Origin: a virus
IMG/VR virus record: IMGVR_UViG_3300024999_000004
Location: 29,596 to 93,595 of that record
DNA length: 64,000 nt
Strand: one strand, 5' to 3'
A program made the position numbers and the translations under genes. Below, in pieces: positions 25,256 to 35,750 of the stretch. The first letter of the stretch is position 1. Each line of letters begins with the position of its first letter. Below the pieces are notes generated by a model. It saw only the letters and a list, made by a program, of their open reading frames with translations. It was not told the DNA's origin and searched no databases.

Positions 25256-26326
25256 GTGGAAAAGATAAGAACTGAAGTAAGACATTCACAGACAAAAGAT
25301 GCTTGGAATGTTATAGGAACCCAAGTCGGTGGAAAATACAAAATTGCCAGAGTTCCCTATCAGGTTGTCCCGGGCAGTGAGATATGCACGACTCGCAACA
25401 AGCACGAGGCGATGGAGCACGCACTTTTTATAAGCAAATGTTTCAATGAATATACCGACACCTAACAACTACCACAACATGATGGAGCCCTGAATGGACG
25501 AACACGGATACCCCGAGGCCCAAGACATTGCGCATCTGAAAGAAGAGCTTTCGCACATGGATTTCCACCGGGGAGCAAACGCCATAGCGCAGCTTATCGA
25601 AGCAACAGGCTACGGCACCGCGTCCCTGCTGGGGGCCAGTGGAACAAACCCCGGAAGACTCGAAGTTTCTACCGGAGGCTGGTCGGGATGCGAAGAGATT
25701 CTTTCCGCAACACACAATACCTTGTGGAGGATGGCGTTTTGGGAATCCGTGCATCGTGGAGGCCTTGAGGTTTTCGTAGACGCTCACGGCATAGGGGGCA
25801 GCCAATGAAATCCTTCCTTAAACTCCTCGCAGAAAAAGGCGTAACGGAAATCCGGAACACCCTGACTTCCTTGTATGCCAGGTACAATGATGTTTATGTG
25901 GATATAACAAAAACACCTTCACAGTCAGCTGCTTCTTCATGGCACATGGAGGTTGTGGACTTTGCAGGACCGAATTTGATGCGCAGGCGCAAATGGGACG
26001 GCTCCGTGAAAGAGCTTCTCGTTGTTCTGCAGCGTATTGATTTTGATTAAGGTATTCAGGAGGCCCTGATGGACGATATGCGAATGGACTGCATGGTGCG
26101 GATATGCAAAGCCTACTACGACATGCCCGAGCACGGAACCGGAGGAAGTCTTCATATTGTACTGGACGACGACAACGTAGACCATGGCAGTGTTCTCTCT
26201 TGCATCAAGTTTGCGGAAGAAGAGGGGGATATTATCGGGCAGGGAATAGGGCTCATGCTCTCCCGGATGACGCGGATAGAACGCTCACGGTTGGTGTCCC
26301 GCTACAAAGAATATGCACTCTCGTAA
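25256..26326 (+). CDS. Four small hypothetical proteins (25256..25465, 25494..25808, 25805..26050, 26069..26326)
   Basis: Each has an SD. Motifs include AWNVIG...GGKYKIARVPY; STGGWSG.E...W...RGG; GGSLHIVLDD.N. Confidence 0.7.
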
Positions 26327-26333
26327 GTTTTGA

Positions 26334-26362
26334 TTGACACCAGAGAGTATACGTGATATAAT
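26334..26362 (+). promoter_or_regulatory. Consensus sigma70 promoter
   Basis: TTGACA-17-TATAAT with TG. Confidence 0.9.
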
Positions 26363-26387
26363 TGCGCGTTAACAGGAGAACAACAGA

Positions 26388-26603
26388 ATGCTTTGTTTCC
26401 AAGACCGCACCTTCTGCCCTTTTTATGAGACCTGCACCAAGGGCGTTACTTGCAGGGCCGCTCTGACTGAAGAGATTGTGGCGGCTGCGGAGGAGTGGTT
26501 CGCCTCCTGGGTCAAAGACAGAAGGCCGGGGGAGCAGGCTCCGGTGATGGTTCATTCTTCGGAGCCTTCTTGTTTTGTGCCTGCTGCGGGGGAGGACCAA
26601 TGA
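26388..26603 (+). CDS. Small Cys-containing protein
   Basis: AGGAG SD; CFQDRTFC...C...C. Confidence 0.7.
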   Translation: MLCFQDRTFCPFYETCTKGVTCRAALTEEIVAAAEEWFASWVKDRRPGEQAPVMVHSSEPSCFVPAAGEDQ

Positions 26604-27562
26604 AACTTGAAGATATTGGATTCTACTCCCTGTCTGATGCCCGCGCCGCTTCCGTGACGTGGGAGAGTGATCTTCAAAGGTGTGAGTTGATCCTGACCGA
26701 TAGATGCAATTTTCGCTGTACTTATTGCAGGGGCATCGGGGAGGATCTTCGCGGCGACCTCCCCCTTGAACAAGCGAAAGAGGTGATCGATATTTGGGCA
26801 TCAGGGAACCTCCGCAACGTAAGGTTTTCGGGAGGAGAACCTGCTGTGTGGAAAGACCTTCTTGCCCTCGTGAAGTACACCCGAAGCTTCCCTTGTTTCG
26901 AGCATATTGCCTTATCCACCAACGGCAGCTTCCCTATCGCATACTACCATGAACTTCTTCTTGCGGGGATCAATGACTTTTCCATCTCCTTGGACGCTTG
27001 CTGTTCCAAGACTTCCGATGCCATGGCAGGAGTAAACTCTCACTTTGATCACATCTCCGAAGTAATCCGTTATTTGTCAAAGCTGACCTACGTCACTGTA
27101 GGGGTCGTGCTTGACCGGCAGAACAAGGAAGAATTGAAGGATATCGTAGAGTACGCTTCCAGTCTGGGCGTCTCGGATATCCGCATAATCCCTTCAGCTC
27201 AATCAAACCATTTTCTCGACATTGATATTGAGACAGACCTTCCTATATTGAGGTATCGAATAACTCACCTGAAGCAAGGACGGCATGTTCGCGGACTTTC
27301 CGAATCAGATTGTCACAAGTGCCATCTGGTGAAAGATGACATGGTGGTCCTTCACGGAAAGCATTTTCCTTGTGTTGTCTACATGAGGGAGCAGGGGCCT
27401 GCCATAGGGGATGTGTACGGAAAGACTCTTGCTCAAATAAGGCAGGAGAGGAAAGAGTGGTTCGAGCGGACGGATACACATAAGGAAACGATATGCAAGA
27501 GGAATTGTCTTGATGTGTGCATTGACCATAATAAGTGTGCGGAGAAGGAGGAGATGCAATGA
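26600..27562 (+). CDS. Radical SAM enzyme (MoaA/NifB/PqqE-like) with a C-terminal Cys cluster
   Basis: CNFRCTYC; SGGEP; STNG; ISLD; CxxC and C-terminal CKRNCLDVC. Confidence 0.9.
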   Translation: MKLEDIGFYSLSDARAASVTWESDLQRCELILTDRCNFRCTYCRGIGEDLRGDLPLEQAKEVIDIWASGNLRNVRFSGGEPAVWKDLLALVKYTRSFPCFEHIALSTNGSFPIAYYHELLLAGINDFSISLDACCSKTSDAMAGVNSHFDHISEVIRYLSKLTYVTVGVVLDRQNKEELKDIVEYASSLGVSDIRIIPSAQSNHFLDIDIETDLPILRYRITHLKQGRHVRGLSESDCHKCHLVKDDMVVLHGKHFPCVVYMREQGPAIGDVYGKTLAQIRQERKEWFERTDTHKETICKRNCLDVCIDHNKCAEKEEMQ

Positions 27563-27753
27563 AAGCCTTTTTCAATTCCATGGGTGCTCTCGTCCTTGCT
27601 CCGGAAGACAATACGGAAAAGTATGCTTTAGGTAAATGGGTCAATGAAAACAGCTCGGGGAATTCCTGCGGCCACGGTGTATTTCTTTTCACCGGCAGAA
27701 TTCTTTCAGCGGAAGAGCTGAAGGTGGAAAAGGGGGAGACTTCATGTTCATAA
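27559..27753 (+). CDS. Small protein, paralog of 29416..29601
   Basis: KAFFN...PEDNTE.Y.L..W shared. Confidence 0.65.
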   Translation: MKAFFNSMGALVLAPEDNTEKYALGKWVNENSSGNSCGHGVFLFTGRILSAEELKVEKGETSCS

Positions 27754-28898
27754 TGCAAGGAAAGCACAATATCGCCCGCGTGATGCTGAAGGACGAATCT
27801 TTTCTTGACGGGCCCTCCCGAGCCCAGATTCAGGGATTCCTGAATTCCCCTGCCTTTGCAGGAAAGCCCATAACAATCATGCCCGACGTGCACTACGGGA
27901 AAGGCTCCTGCGTGGGCTTCACGATGCCTCTGTCTTCGCATATCCTGCCAGCTCAAATTGGGGTAGATATTTCCTGTGGCGTACTCGCAGCAAATTTCGG
28001 CCAAATCAGCGTCTCCGTGGAAGCTTTCGATTCTTTTGTCAGGGAAAACATTCCCTCCGGGCACAAGATAAATACCGACCCCGTGTACATGCACAAGGTA
28101 TTTGACAGCTTTCCCGGAGCGCTCGTGGATCTGATTGATTTGGCTGGAGCAAACCACGACAAGGCAGCGGGCGCTGTAGCCTCCTTCGGCTCAGGCAACC
28201 ATTTTTTGGAATTGGACCGCGACGAAGACGGGAACCTTTGGTGCGTCCTGCACTCAGGAAGCCGGAATCTCGGGCTCCGCGTAGCCGAGCACTTCATGAC
28301 CAAGGCACAGGAAAATCTTGCAAGGTATTTTATTGAAGTTCCCAAGGACGAGGCATGGATTCCCCTCGAAGACCCTTTGGCTGTAGCTTATCTTGAGGCG
28401 GTCAAGCTGATGCAGGGGTATGCGGAGCGCAACAGGAATGAGATGATGTGGAGGGTAGCTTCTTTCGTTCGCAGAGGTCCTCTTGAAACAGTACAATCTA
28501 TCCATAACTATATTGATTTCTCCGGAGTAGGGGGCTCCGCAATCATCCGAAAAGGAGCGATCTCCGCAAAGAAGGGCGAACGCTGCATCATCCCTTTCAA
28601 CATGGCCGAGGGCTCTGCAATCTGTATCGGAAAAGGAAACCCCGAGTGGAACTTCTCCGCTCCTCACGGAGCCGGGAGACTTCTGAGCAGGACCAAGGCG
28701 AAGGCAAGCCTCAATGTAGAGTCTTTTGTCTCCCAGATGGCGGAAGCCGGGGTCTACAGTACTTCGGTAGGAGCAAGCACCTTGGACGAAGCCCCGGGGG
28801 CCTACAAGGACAAGCAGATGATCCTCGACGCCATCGCGCCCACGGTATCCGTGGTTTCGTGGCTCAAGCCGTTCTATAATTTCAAGGCTTCTTCTTAG
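27744..28898 (+). CDS. rtcB: RNA ligase RtcB
   Basis: MPDVH, GVDISCG, GSGNHF, HSGSR, HNY, RKGA, SAPHGAGR and DEAPGAYK motifs. Confidence 0.95.
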   Translation: MFIMQGKHNIARVMLKDESFLDGPSRAQIQGFLNSPAFAGKPITIMPDVHYGKGSCVGFTMPLSSHILPAQIGVDISCGVLAANFGQISVSVEAFDSFVRENIPSGHKINTDPVYMHKVFDSFPGALVDLIDLAGANHDKAAGAVASFGSGNHFLELDRDEDGNLWCVLHSGSRNLGLRVAEHFMTKAQENLARYFIEVPKDEAWIPLEDPLAVAYLEAVKLMQGYAERNRNEMMWRVASFVRRGPLETVQSIHNYIDFSGVGGSAIIRKGAISAKKGERCIIPFNMAEGSAICIGKGNPEWNFSAPHGAGRLLSRTKAKASLNVESFVSQMAEAGVYSTSVGASTLDEAPGAYKDKQMILDAIAPTVSVVSWLKPFYNFKASS

Positions 28899-28917
28899 AG
28901 AGGAGAAAAGGAGTATC

Positions 28918-30731
28918 ATGCACACCGTATACGGAATGCTCGCTTCAGGATCTTGGGCTTTTGCCGTGGGTGATGATGGAGCAATTTTTCATCGTCTGTT
29001 TGCAGGAGAAGCACCACCTTATGGCCTTGATTTCCCTGAGTCCGTTGAAAGGTTTGATTCCCGGTACGGAAAGGGCTGCTGGAAGCTGGTCTTCGTGGAA
29101 GACGAGGACGCTTCGTATGACAAAGTTCTGCAAGACCTTGTGGAAGGGTCTTTTATATGGGAAGAGGGAAAATGACCCTCACAGATGCTTCCTTATGGGA
29201 CTTCTCAGAACCCCTGACCCCGGATTCTTCGGTCCAATGCCCCGAGTGCCATGAGTGGTCCCCGATCGCAGATTGGAGGGAAGGATCGGTTTACTGTGAA
29301 ATTTGCAGCGAGCATACAGCAATTGTTTGCCCGAAGTGCTTGGAGCAGTTTGATTGGCTGGATGAGGATATTGTTTTTGAGGTGCGTAGCAGGTCAACAG
29401 AGAAGGAGGTGTAACTTGAAAGCATTTTTCAATAGAGACAAGGTGTTGGTGATAGTTCCTGAAGACAACACGGAAAGGTATGTCTTGCATCAATGGAGCA
29501 ATCCTCGTACTTATCATGGTGGACCTTCTCACGGGCCTCTTTTTGTTACGGATGTCATTCTTTCAGAAGATGAAATTTTGGCTGAGATGAAGGAGACATA
29601 GAGTTATGATAATCACAAGACTCCGTTGCTGGACCACGAATCCCGGAGAGAGCGAAAGAATAGAAGAGGAGTCCCTCTCCGCCCTCGGGCGCAGGATCGG
29701 ACTCCCCTCCCTCTCCAAAGCCCGCAAGGGCCGCTCCGTATTTGACCATCAGGGATTCAGGATTCACGTGATCTCCTCCCCCACCGGAGGAAGAGGAGCC
29801 GAAGCCGACCTCGGACCCACGGAAGCACAGATGCGGAAGCTGGCGCAAGAGGCGGAGCTGAAGAGGAAGGTTGCGAGGAATCTGGCGGCTTCGTGCAGGA
29901 AGTATAATAAAGAGGGAGAGAGCAACGCACGAAAAGATGGCCCACTTTTGAGGGGGCTCGTGACTCATGGGCTCGGGCAGCTTTGGCGATATTGAATGAG
30001 AGCCATACTACGAGCATTCCTGATTTTGTCTCTTTCGTTTGCTGTTATTTACGGGGAGTACCAGATATTTGTCAAAGGACCCGAATATGCAAAACCGCAT
30101 AGCGGCACCGTGCTATCTTCCTATGAATCAAAAGGCAGGGGCTCTTGCTGGTTTTCTGTGGTTGACTTTGATAACGGCGACGTGCAGGAGGTCAACACAG
30201 GCCACACAGAGTATAGAGCAGGAAGCCGCTTTACCGGAAAACTCTCGTGGAATCCTTTGCTCGGAGTTTCCGGAACCGCGTATAGCTGGAATCCGGGAGA
30301 CTGGCTCATATTTGTGTCCATGCCCGCTATAGTATTCAATGTAATGCTGTTCGTTGGCGGGATAACAGCAATCTTTGTTTTTGCTTTCGGAAAACAAGGA
30401 AAGAAGGAGGAAGCATGAATTATTCCTTGTCTCTGCTGGCTTACTTCTGTATTTTGGCTCAGGTTCTTACGCTCTTCCTAGGCAAGTTGGAAGTCACAAA
30501 CGCAACTTTGTTTACGACCGTCGTTCTAGGCATCGTGGCAATTATGTGCAAACTTGGGCACATGATGGAAAAGAAGGAGTCGAAATGAAAATGGTATTGT
30601 TCTTCGTCTCTTACGGAGGTCTTATCCTCTTCCTTATTGTGGCGGCGGTAGAAAAAACAGAGGTGACAAACCTGCATCTCCTTGCTGCTATGGTCGCTGG
30701 AGTCACCACAATTCTCTACAAACCCGAGTAA
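28918..30731 (+). CDS. Run of small hypothetical and membrane proteins (28918..29175, 29172..29414 Zn-ribbon, 29416..29601, 29606..29995, 29996..30418 two-TM, 30585..30731)
   Basis: SD motifs and tight coupling; three CxxC pairs in 29172..29414. Confidence 0.6.
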
Positions 30732-30742
30732 GGAGGCACGAA

Positions 30743-31018
30743 TTGAGTGGATGCTACGGCGATAGCGAAGAAGACAGAGGCAGAGCTGCTCAGCTCGATC
30801 GTCATTTACTGGAAGAGTTCCGAGAAGTTCCTTGTGCCGGATGCCACTACTTGTTCGAGGCATCCGAGCTTGACGAGGACGACTTCTGCAAAGACTGCGC
30901 GGAGCAGGATGACGAGCTGGATGATATTGAAGAAGATCAGGATTCCTCGGATGAGTTTGGCTTTGATCCTGATTTGAAGCAGAAAGATTTTGCGCCCAGT
31001 ACGGAGGAACTGAAATGA
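30743..31018 (+). CDS. Highly acidic Zn-finger-like protein
   Basis: AGGAGG SD with TTG start; CxxC...CxxC; D/E-rich tail. Confidence 0.65.
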   Translation: MSGCYGDSEEDRGRAAQLDRHLLEEFREVPCAGCHYLFEASELDEDDFCKDCAEQDDELDDIEEDQDSSDEFGFDPDLKQKDFAPSTEELK

Positions 31019-34000
31019 CACCAAAAGAAATCGCGCACGGAATAATTGACTCAGGGGGCTGTTGCCCGACTCCCAAAGGCGACACAGTTTCCTGTAGGAC
31101 ATGCCCAGCTACCAACGCTACGAGCTGGGGAGGTTGCGGAAGCGATGACCGTGATGAAGACCGTCAACGTCGTGTCGAGGTATGCCGGAGTTTTCTGAAG
31201 GTCTTGGGAGTGGACAAACCCAAGAAGAATCCCCGCCCCACAGTCAGGCAGTTGTACAAGATGGCAGTAATCTCCTCCGGAAGATTTGAGGGTGGGGATT
31301 CCGATGAGGTTGCGATCTGGGTCGGAAGGGTGGCGGACTCGCTGTTGCAAGAGGACAAGGAATGAACCTCGCCCCCTCCTACCTTCACTGCAACGAACCC
31401 AAGCCCGGCGTCCTCCTTGTGTGCGACATACGGAACGAACTCACGTTCGAGGAATCTTTGGAAGCTGTCGCGCAGTTCAAGCGGGAGATTCTTGAAGAGC
31501 AGCAAATAGGAGCGAGCATGTACACCGAAGACGAACTTCTCGACAAAGCAAGCGACCTGTTCAGAAGGCTCGGAGGGATCGGAAACTCCGACGCCCGTAT
31601 TGTCCGGGGCCTCATCGAGAGAACGGAGCGCAAACCCTGTATTGGTGGTTATCTATCCCCCTCCGGAACTCCTCCGATGTGGATCAACTTCGAAAACGAG
31701 GACTTCACGTGGGACGAGTTGGCGGAGGTCCTTGCGAAGAGGTTCGGGAAATCCGACATCGAAGAACTTATTCGCTTATTGGGGGAGAGGCTGAATCCTG
31801 ATACTGAAGTTTCCTGCCGAACATGCGAGCATGACGGGCAACAACATTTGTACCGCGTCGCTTGTACAGGCTGCGGTACGGAAGAGGAATCCCGGAACTA
31901 TTCCCGAAAGGTACTATTTCTTGACCCTCTACATAAGACCTGACCCCCGGACCTTCGATTCCCCGTCCATGGGCTCTGTGGAGTGGAAGATCCTCACGCC
32001 GTCGAGAAGGATTGCTTCGGGGCTCCGCGCGGATCTTGCGAAGGCTTTGAATGATTCGCACGATGTGTATGTGCGGAGGGAAGAGGTGGAAGAAGCAGAG
32101 GATATTTTGGAGGAAGACGAATGAGCACCTACTATGCCCAAAAAGAAATCACAGGTCGCGTGAAATCCGTGGCCTTTGATTCCGGACGCATTGATCTTGC
32201 GGACAAGGAAAAGACGGTTCTTTTCTGCCCTTCGAGTTTGTTGTTGTCCTTATGCAAGGAGATCATGGACCGACCCATTCTTACCTTTGTCATTGACGGG
32301 AAAATTGTGGTATCTTTCAGGCAGCATAGCTATGAGGAGATAAACCGATGGAAAAGCCTGAACCACTCACCCTTACGCGAACAGGGTTGATCGAGACCAG
32401 TTGGGAGGTTGACTCGGAGTTTTCGTATTACTCGGTCAATGAGATGGACGCCTACCTCGCCGACCTTGAGGCAAAGGTTATTCGCGCTGAAGCTGCGGCA
32501 AAGCGCGAGGCAGGTGACTGCGAGAAGGTACAAGAGGAAAACAAACGAATGCGGAACGCGCTGGCGTACGTAATTTGCTGCGACGTAGACCCGCGCACAA
32601 GCACTCTTACTGCAACTTCCCGCTTGAGGTTGGCGGCAGAAAGAGCCCGCGCCGTATTGAAAGGAGCCTGAATAACATGCCTCCCTCCCTCCTTCCCCCC
32701 ATGCTCCGCGCCCTCACGCTAGCCCGGGACTCCGCGATCCTCCTCCCCCCGAGAACCGCTGTCCTGAAAGAAAGGTTCATGGACCTCCACTACAAGTGCG
32801 GCAAACATTCCGATGTCCAGACCAGCGAAAACATCCCCATAGAGAGGCACCTGAAAACCATTGACAGGATCAGCAGGAGCGGGAAGGGCCTCCGGGAGGA
32901 TATCATGGAGTACATGAAAGGCCACCACCTTCTCCCGGGAGAGGCCCAGACATATAATATGAGGCTATGGGCAAGATATGAGCTGGAAGAGGATGAGGGG
33001 GATGATGGATTCGGAACCTCTGTATATCCCAGTTTCGGCTCCCTCATCATGGCCTACGCCCATAAGAAGATTGGAACGGAAGGCACGGAGCGTATCCGTC
33101 TGAAGGCCACGAATCTGTGGTATCTCTATGGGCTTCCGAATGAGGGGGCCGAAGATGGGCTCTCATCAGGAGATCCTGTCTTCATTGACAACGTGAATGA
33201 GTGGAGCGCAAGGAACCCAGGAGTCTTGCCGTATGACAGGGCATGGACAAAACGGCCAACGAGGATGTCTTTTGTTTTGTATCAGGGACTCATTCCCTTG
33301 AACGAAGAACACCCCGAGAGGAGGGTGGCCACAAGAAAAGGGCATTCGGGGTTCAGGGCTCCGGATGGTGGGGTATTTTCTCTTGATGAATTCCAGGTCT
33401 CGGGGTTGTTCCGGGGGAAGCACAAGAGGTGACATAAGGTAGGGAGCAAAGATGAAAAAGCAATCACGTATTTTTGACTGGGAGTTTATCCGGCACGATA
33501 GCTGGGTACAACTCGTCGGAACTTCTTGGGGGGACCCAAGATTCCCTGACGGAGAACGCATCAAGACCTCCATGGTGGAGAGGGTGGACTTCGTTGCGGG
33601 TTTTGCAGAGACAAAGAACACGATCTATTCACTGGAATGGGGGCACGGATGCTGATCAACCTGACCTATTTCAAGAAAAGCGGAAAGTACTACGGAGAGG
33701 GGGCATACGAGTCGAACTTCGAGCAGATGTTTGAGGTATTCGATGAAGTACGAATTTTGCCGTTTCACCCGGGTCTTTCCGGAAGATGGGATGGTCCCAT
33801 CCTTGTGACATGCGACAGTGAAACAGGCTGCCCGGGGCTGGTGAATCTGGGCTCGGTGCGTAGCAATACAGCGAAGTAGGGAGACAAAATGAAACAGGCA
33901 ACACCAACAGTTCGTGCCAACGGGTTATGGAATCATTTTACAGGGAAAAAGAGATGGGTAATCACTTGTGGGGAATGCGCGCACACATGGGCGGAGAAGG

Positions 34001-34513
34001 TATTCATTGTCGAGCCTTCCTCCGCAATTTGTCCTTGCTGCCATACACAGAATGTGTGGTCTGCGGCTGCGTTTGAACGGGCGTATGAGGAGACAAAATG
34101 ACAGATGATGAGAAAGCCGAGAAACTTCAGCTAACTCGCTTGTGCGAAGACAGGGCGAAAAAACTCCTGAAAGAGGGAGATCGCGTAGGATGTACAAAAT
34201 GCCCGGGAACAAAACGCATATTTACTTTTGTTGGTTGGGCAGGTCATTGGATGTTGTCGAAATCAGGCATTGATGATCTTCATCCTTGGAACGTATACTC
34301 GGTCAATGGAGTCCCGATGGATTTCAAAGAGGGGCCACAATGACCAAGAAACCCCAAGATATTTCCTTCCTCGAAGCCGCCCGAATCCTCGAAGAGTACG
34401 CAATGAAAGTCACGACCCGGGAGTGCAGGCTCCGCGCCGCCGCCCGCGTCGTGCTTCAGGAGGCTTTGAGGCAGGAGCCTCCCTGCTGCGGTCAGGAGGC
34501 GGCATCTCCTTGA
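31015..34513 (+). CDS. Run of hypothetical proteins (31015..31365, 31362..31943, 32121..32390, 32348..32671, 32677..33432, 33452..33655, 33649..33879, 33889..34101, 34098..34343, 34340..34513)
   Basis: Co-oriented, SD-preceded, mostly ATGA-coupled ORFs. Confidence 0.6.
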
Positions 34514-34538
34514 CACCACAGACAATATGTGCTAATAT
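34510..34538 (+). promoter_or_regulatory. sigma70 promoter of the replication module
   Basis: TTGACA-17-TAATAT with TG. Confidence 0.8.
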
Positions 34539-34568
34539 ATCCGTATTCTGAACGCAAAAGGACATACC

Positions 34569-34916
34569 ATGGGAGAAGAGAAACAAGCAACCGCCTCAGC
34601 GGCAACAGAGAGCATAGACGGAATTCCGTGCTTCACTGTCACAGCCTTCGCATCCGCGACCGACAGGACCCCGCATTCGGTGTACCAGATGATCAGCGGC
34701 AAGAGCGCAGGGCTCCGTCCCCTGAAGGTTATCAAGAAGGGAACGCAGTATTTCATTCCGGTGGAAGAGATGAGAAATTATCCCTTCATCCGGTCTGGGC
34801 GATACGGGGCGGATCATCCGTACAGGTATTCGGCCCCCGGAGTCAAGGAACCCTATCCTCTTGATGAGTTGCAGAAGGATCTGAGACAAAGCGGGAAAAC
34901 AGGAGAAAACAATTGA
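34569..34916 (+). CDS. Putative winged-HTH (excisionase/MerR-like) DNA-binding protein
   Basis: TVTAFA..TDRTPHSVYQMI...GTQYFIP pattern. Confidence 0.55.
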   Translation: MGEEKQATASAATESIDGIPCFTVTAFASATDRTPHSVYQMISGKSAGLRPLKVIKKGTQYFIPVEEMRNYPFIRSGRYGADHPYRYSAPGVKEPYPLDELQKDLRQSGKTGENN

Positions 34917-35695
34917 GCAAAGCAAAAGCGCCCGCCGCAACTACCCCAACTATCGTAGACAAATCCCTCCTCATCACCTCCTCGATCCTCGACGCCTACG
35001 ACTGGTACAAGTCAGCTCCTCCCTCTACCAAGAAGGGAACTTCAATTACATGGCAGGAATCCGCAGCCACGGATTTCCGGAATGCCCTATTCAAGACGCC
35101 ATACGAAATCGATCCCGCAGCCAAGCGCGGAATAGACTTCGAAGCCAGGATCTGCCGGGACCTGTACATGCAGAGGAGCACCTTCCTTGCCCGTCACGGG
35201 GACCTGCTGACTACCGAGTTCTACGACAAGTGCGCAGGTGGCCTGCAACAAGAAGTCGTGAAGTACGTCTACAAGATCGATGGGCAACTGTATTGCCTGT
35301 ACGGAAAGAAAGACATCTCTTTCCCTGTAGGAAGCGCGAAGCACCCGAAGGGAAAGACCATCGACATCAAGACGACAAAGGAATGGAAGGGCCACAGCAA
35401 GTACACCGGAAGAAGCCAGCACCCCCTGTACATCGCGGCGGGAGGGATCGAGGAATTCGAGTACCTTGTGGCGGTGGGGGAAGATCGGGAGATAGCTCCG
35501 GCCTGCGTCAGCGAAACCGGCGTGCGTACTGCCGCAAAGGTTGAATGGACCGTGGATTCCGTGATTCCGGTGGTCGCTACGCTCAGTCGTGATGATGCCT
35601 TTGCGATCATTGAGAGTAAAATAAGGGCCTTCGTGGCTTTCTTGAGTACGGAGCCGGAGCTGGAGAAGGCGTATCGGACGATTTTCACAAAATAA
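34913..35695 (+). CDS. PD-(D/E)XK (Cas4/RecB-like) exonuclease
   Basis: RGIDFE, GKKDI, IDIKTT and QHPLY motifs. Confidence 0.7.
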   Translation: MSKAKAPAATTPTIVDKSLLITSSILDAYDWYKSAPPSTKKGTSITWQESAATDFRNALFKTPYEIDPAAKRGIDFEARICRDLYMQRSTFLARHGDLLTTEFYDKCAGGLQQEVVKYVYKIDGQLYCLYGKKDISFPVGSAKHPKGKTIDIKTTKEWKGHSKYTGRSQHPLYIAAGGIEEFEYLVAVGEDREIAPACVSETGVRTAAKVEWTVDSVIPVVATLSRDDAFAIIESKIRAFVAFLSTEPELEKAYRTIFTK

Positions 35696-35750
35696 GTAGA
35701 CTCTCCCGGCCTCTAGAAGATAAGGGGCCGGGGCACGAAGGAGCAAATAA

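Noticed and set aside
34913-35695. CRISPR-associated Cas4
   Set aside because: Lacks the four-Cys Fe-S motif and sits in the replication module, so it is better read as a phage exonuclease.
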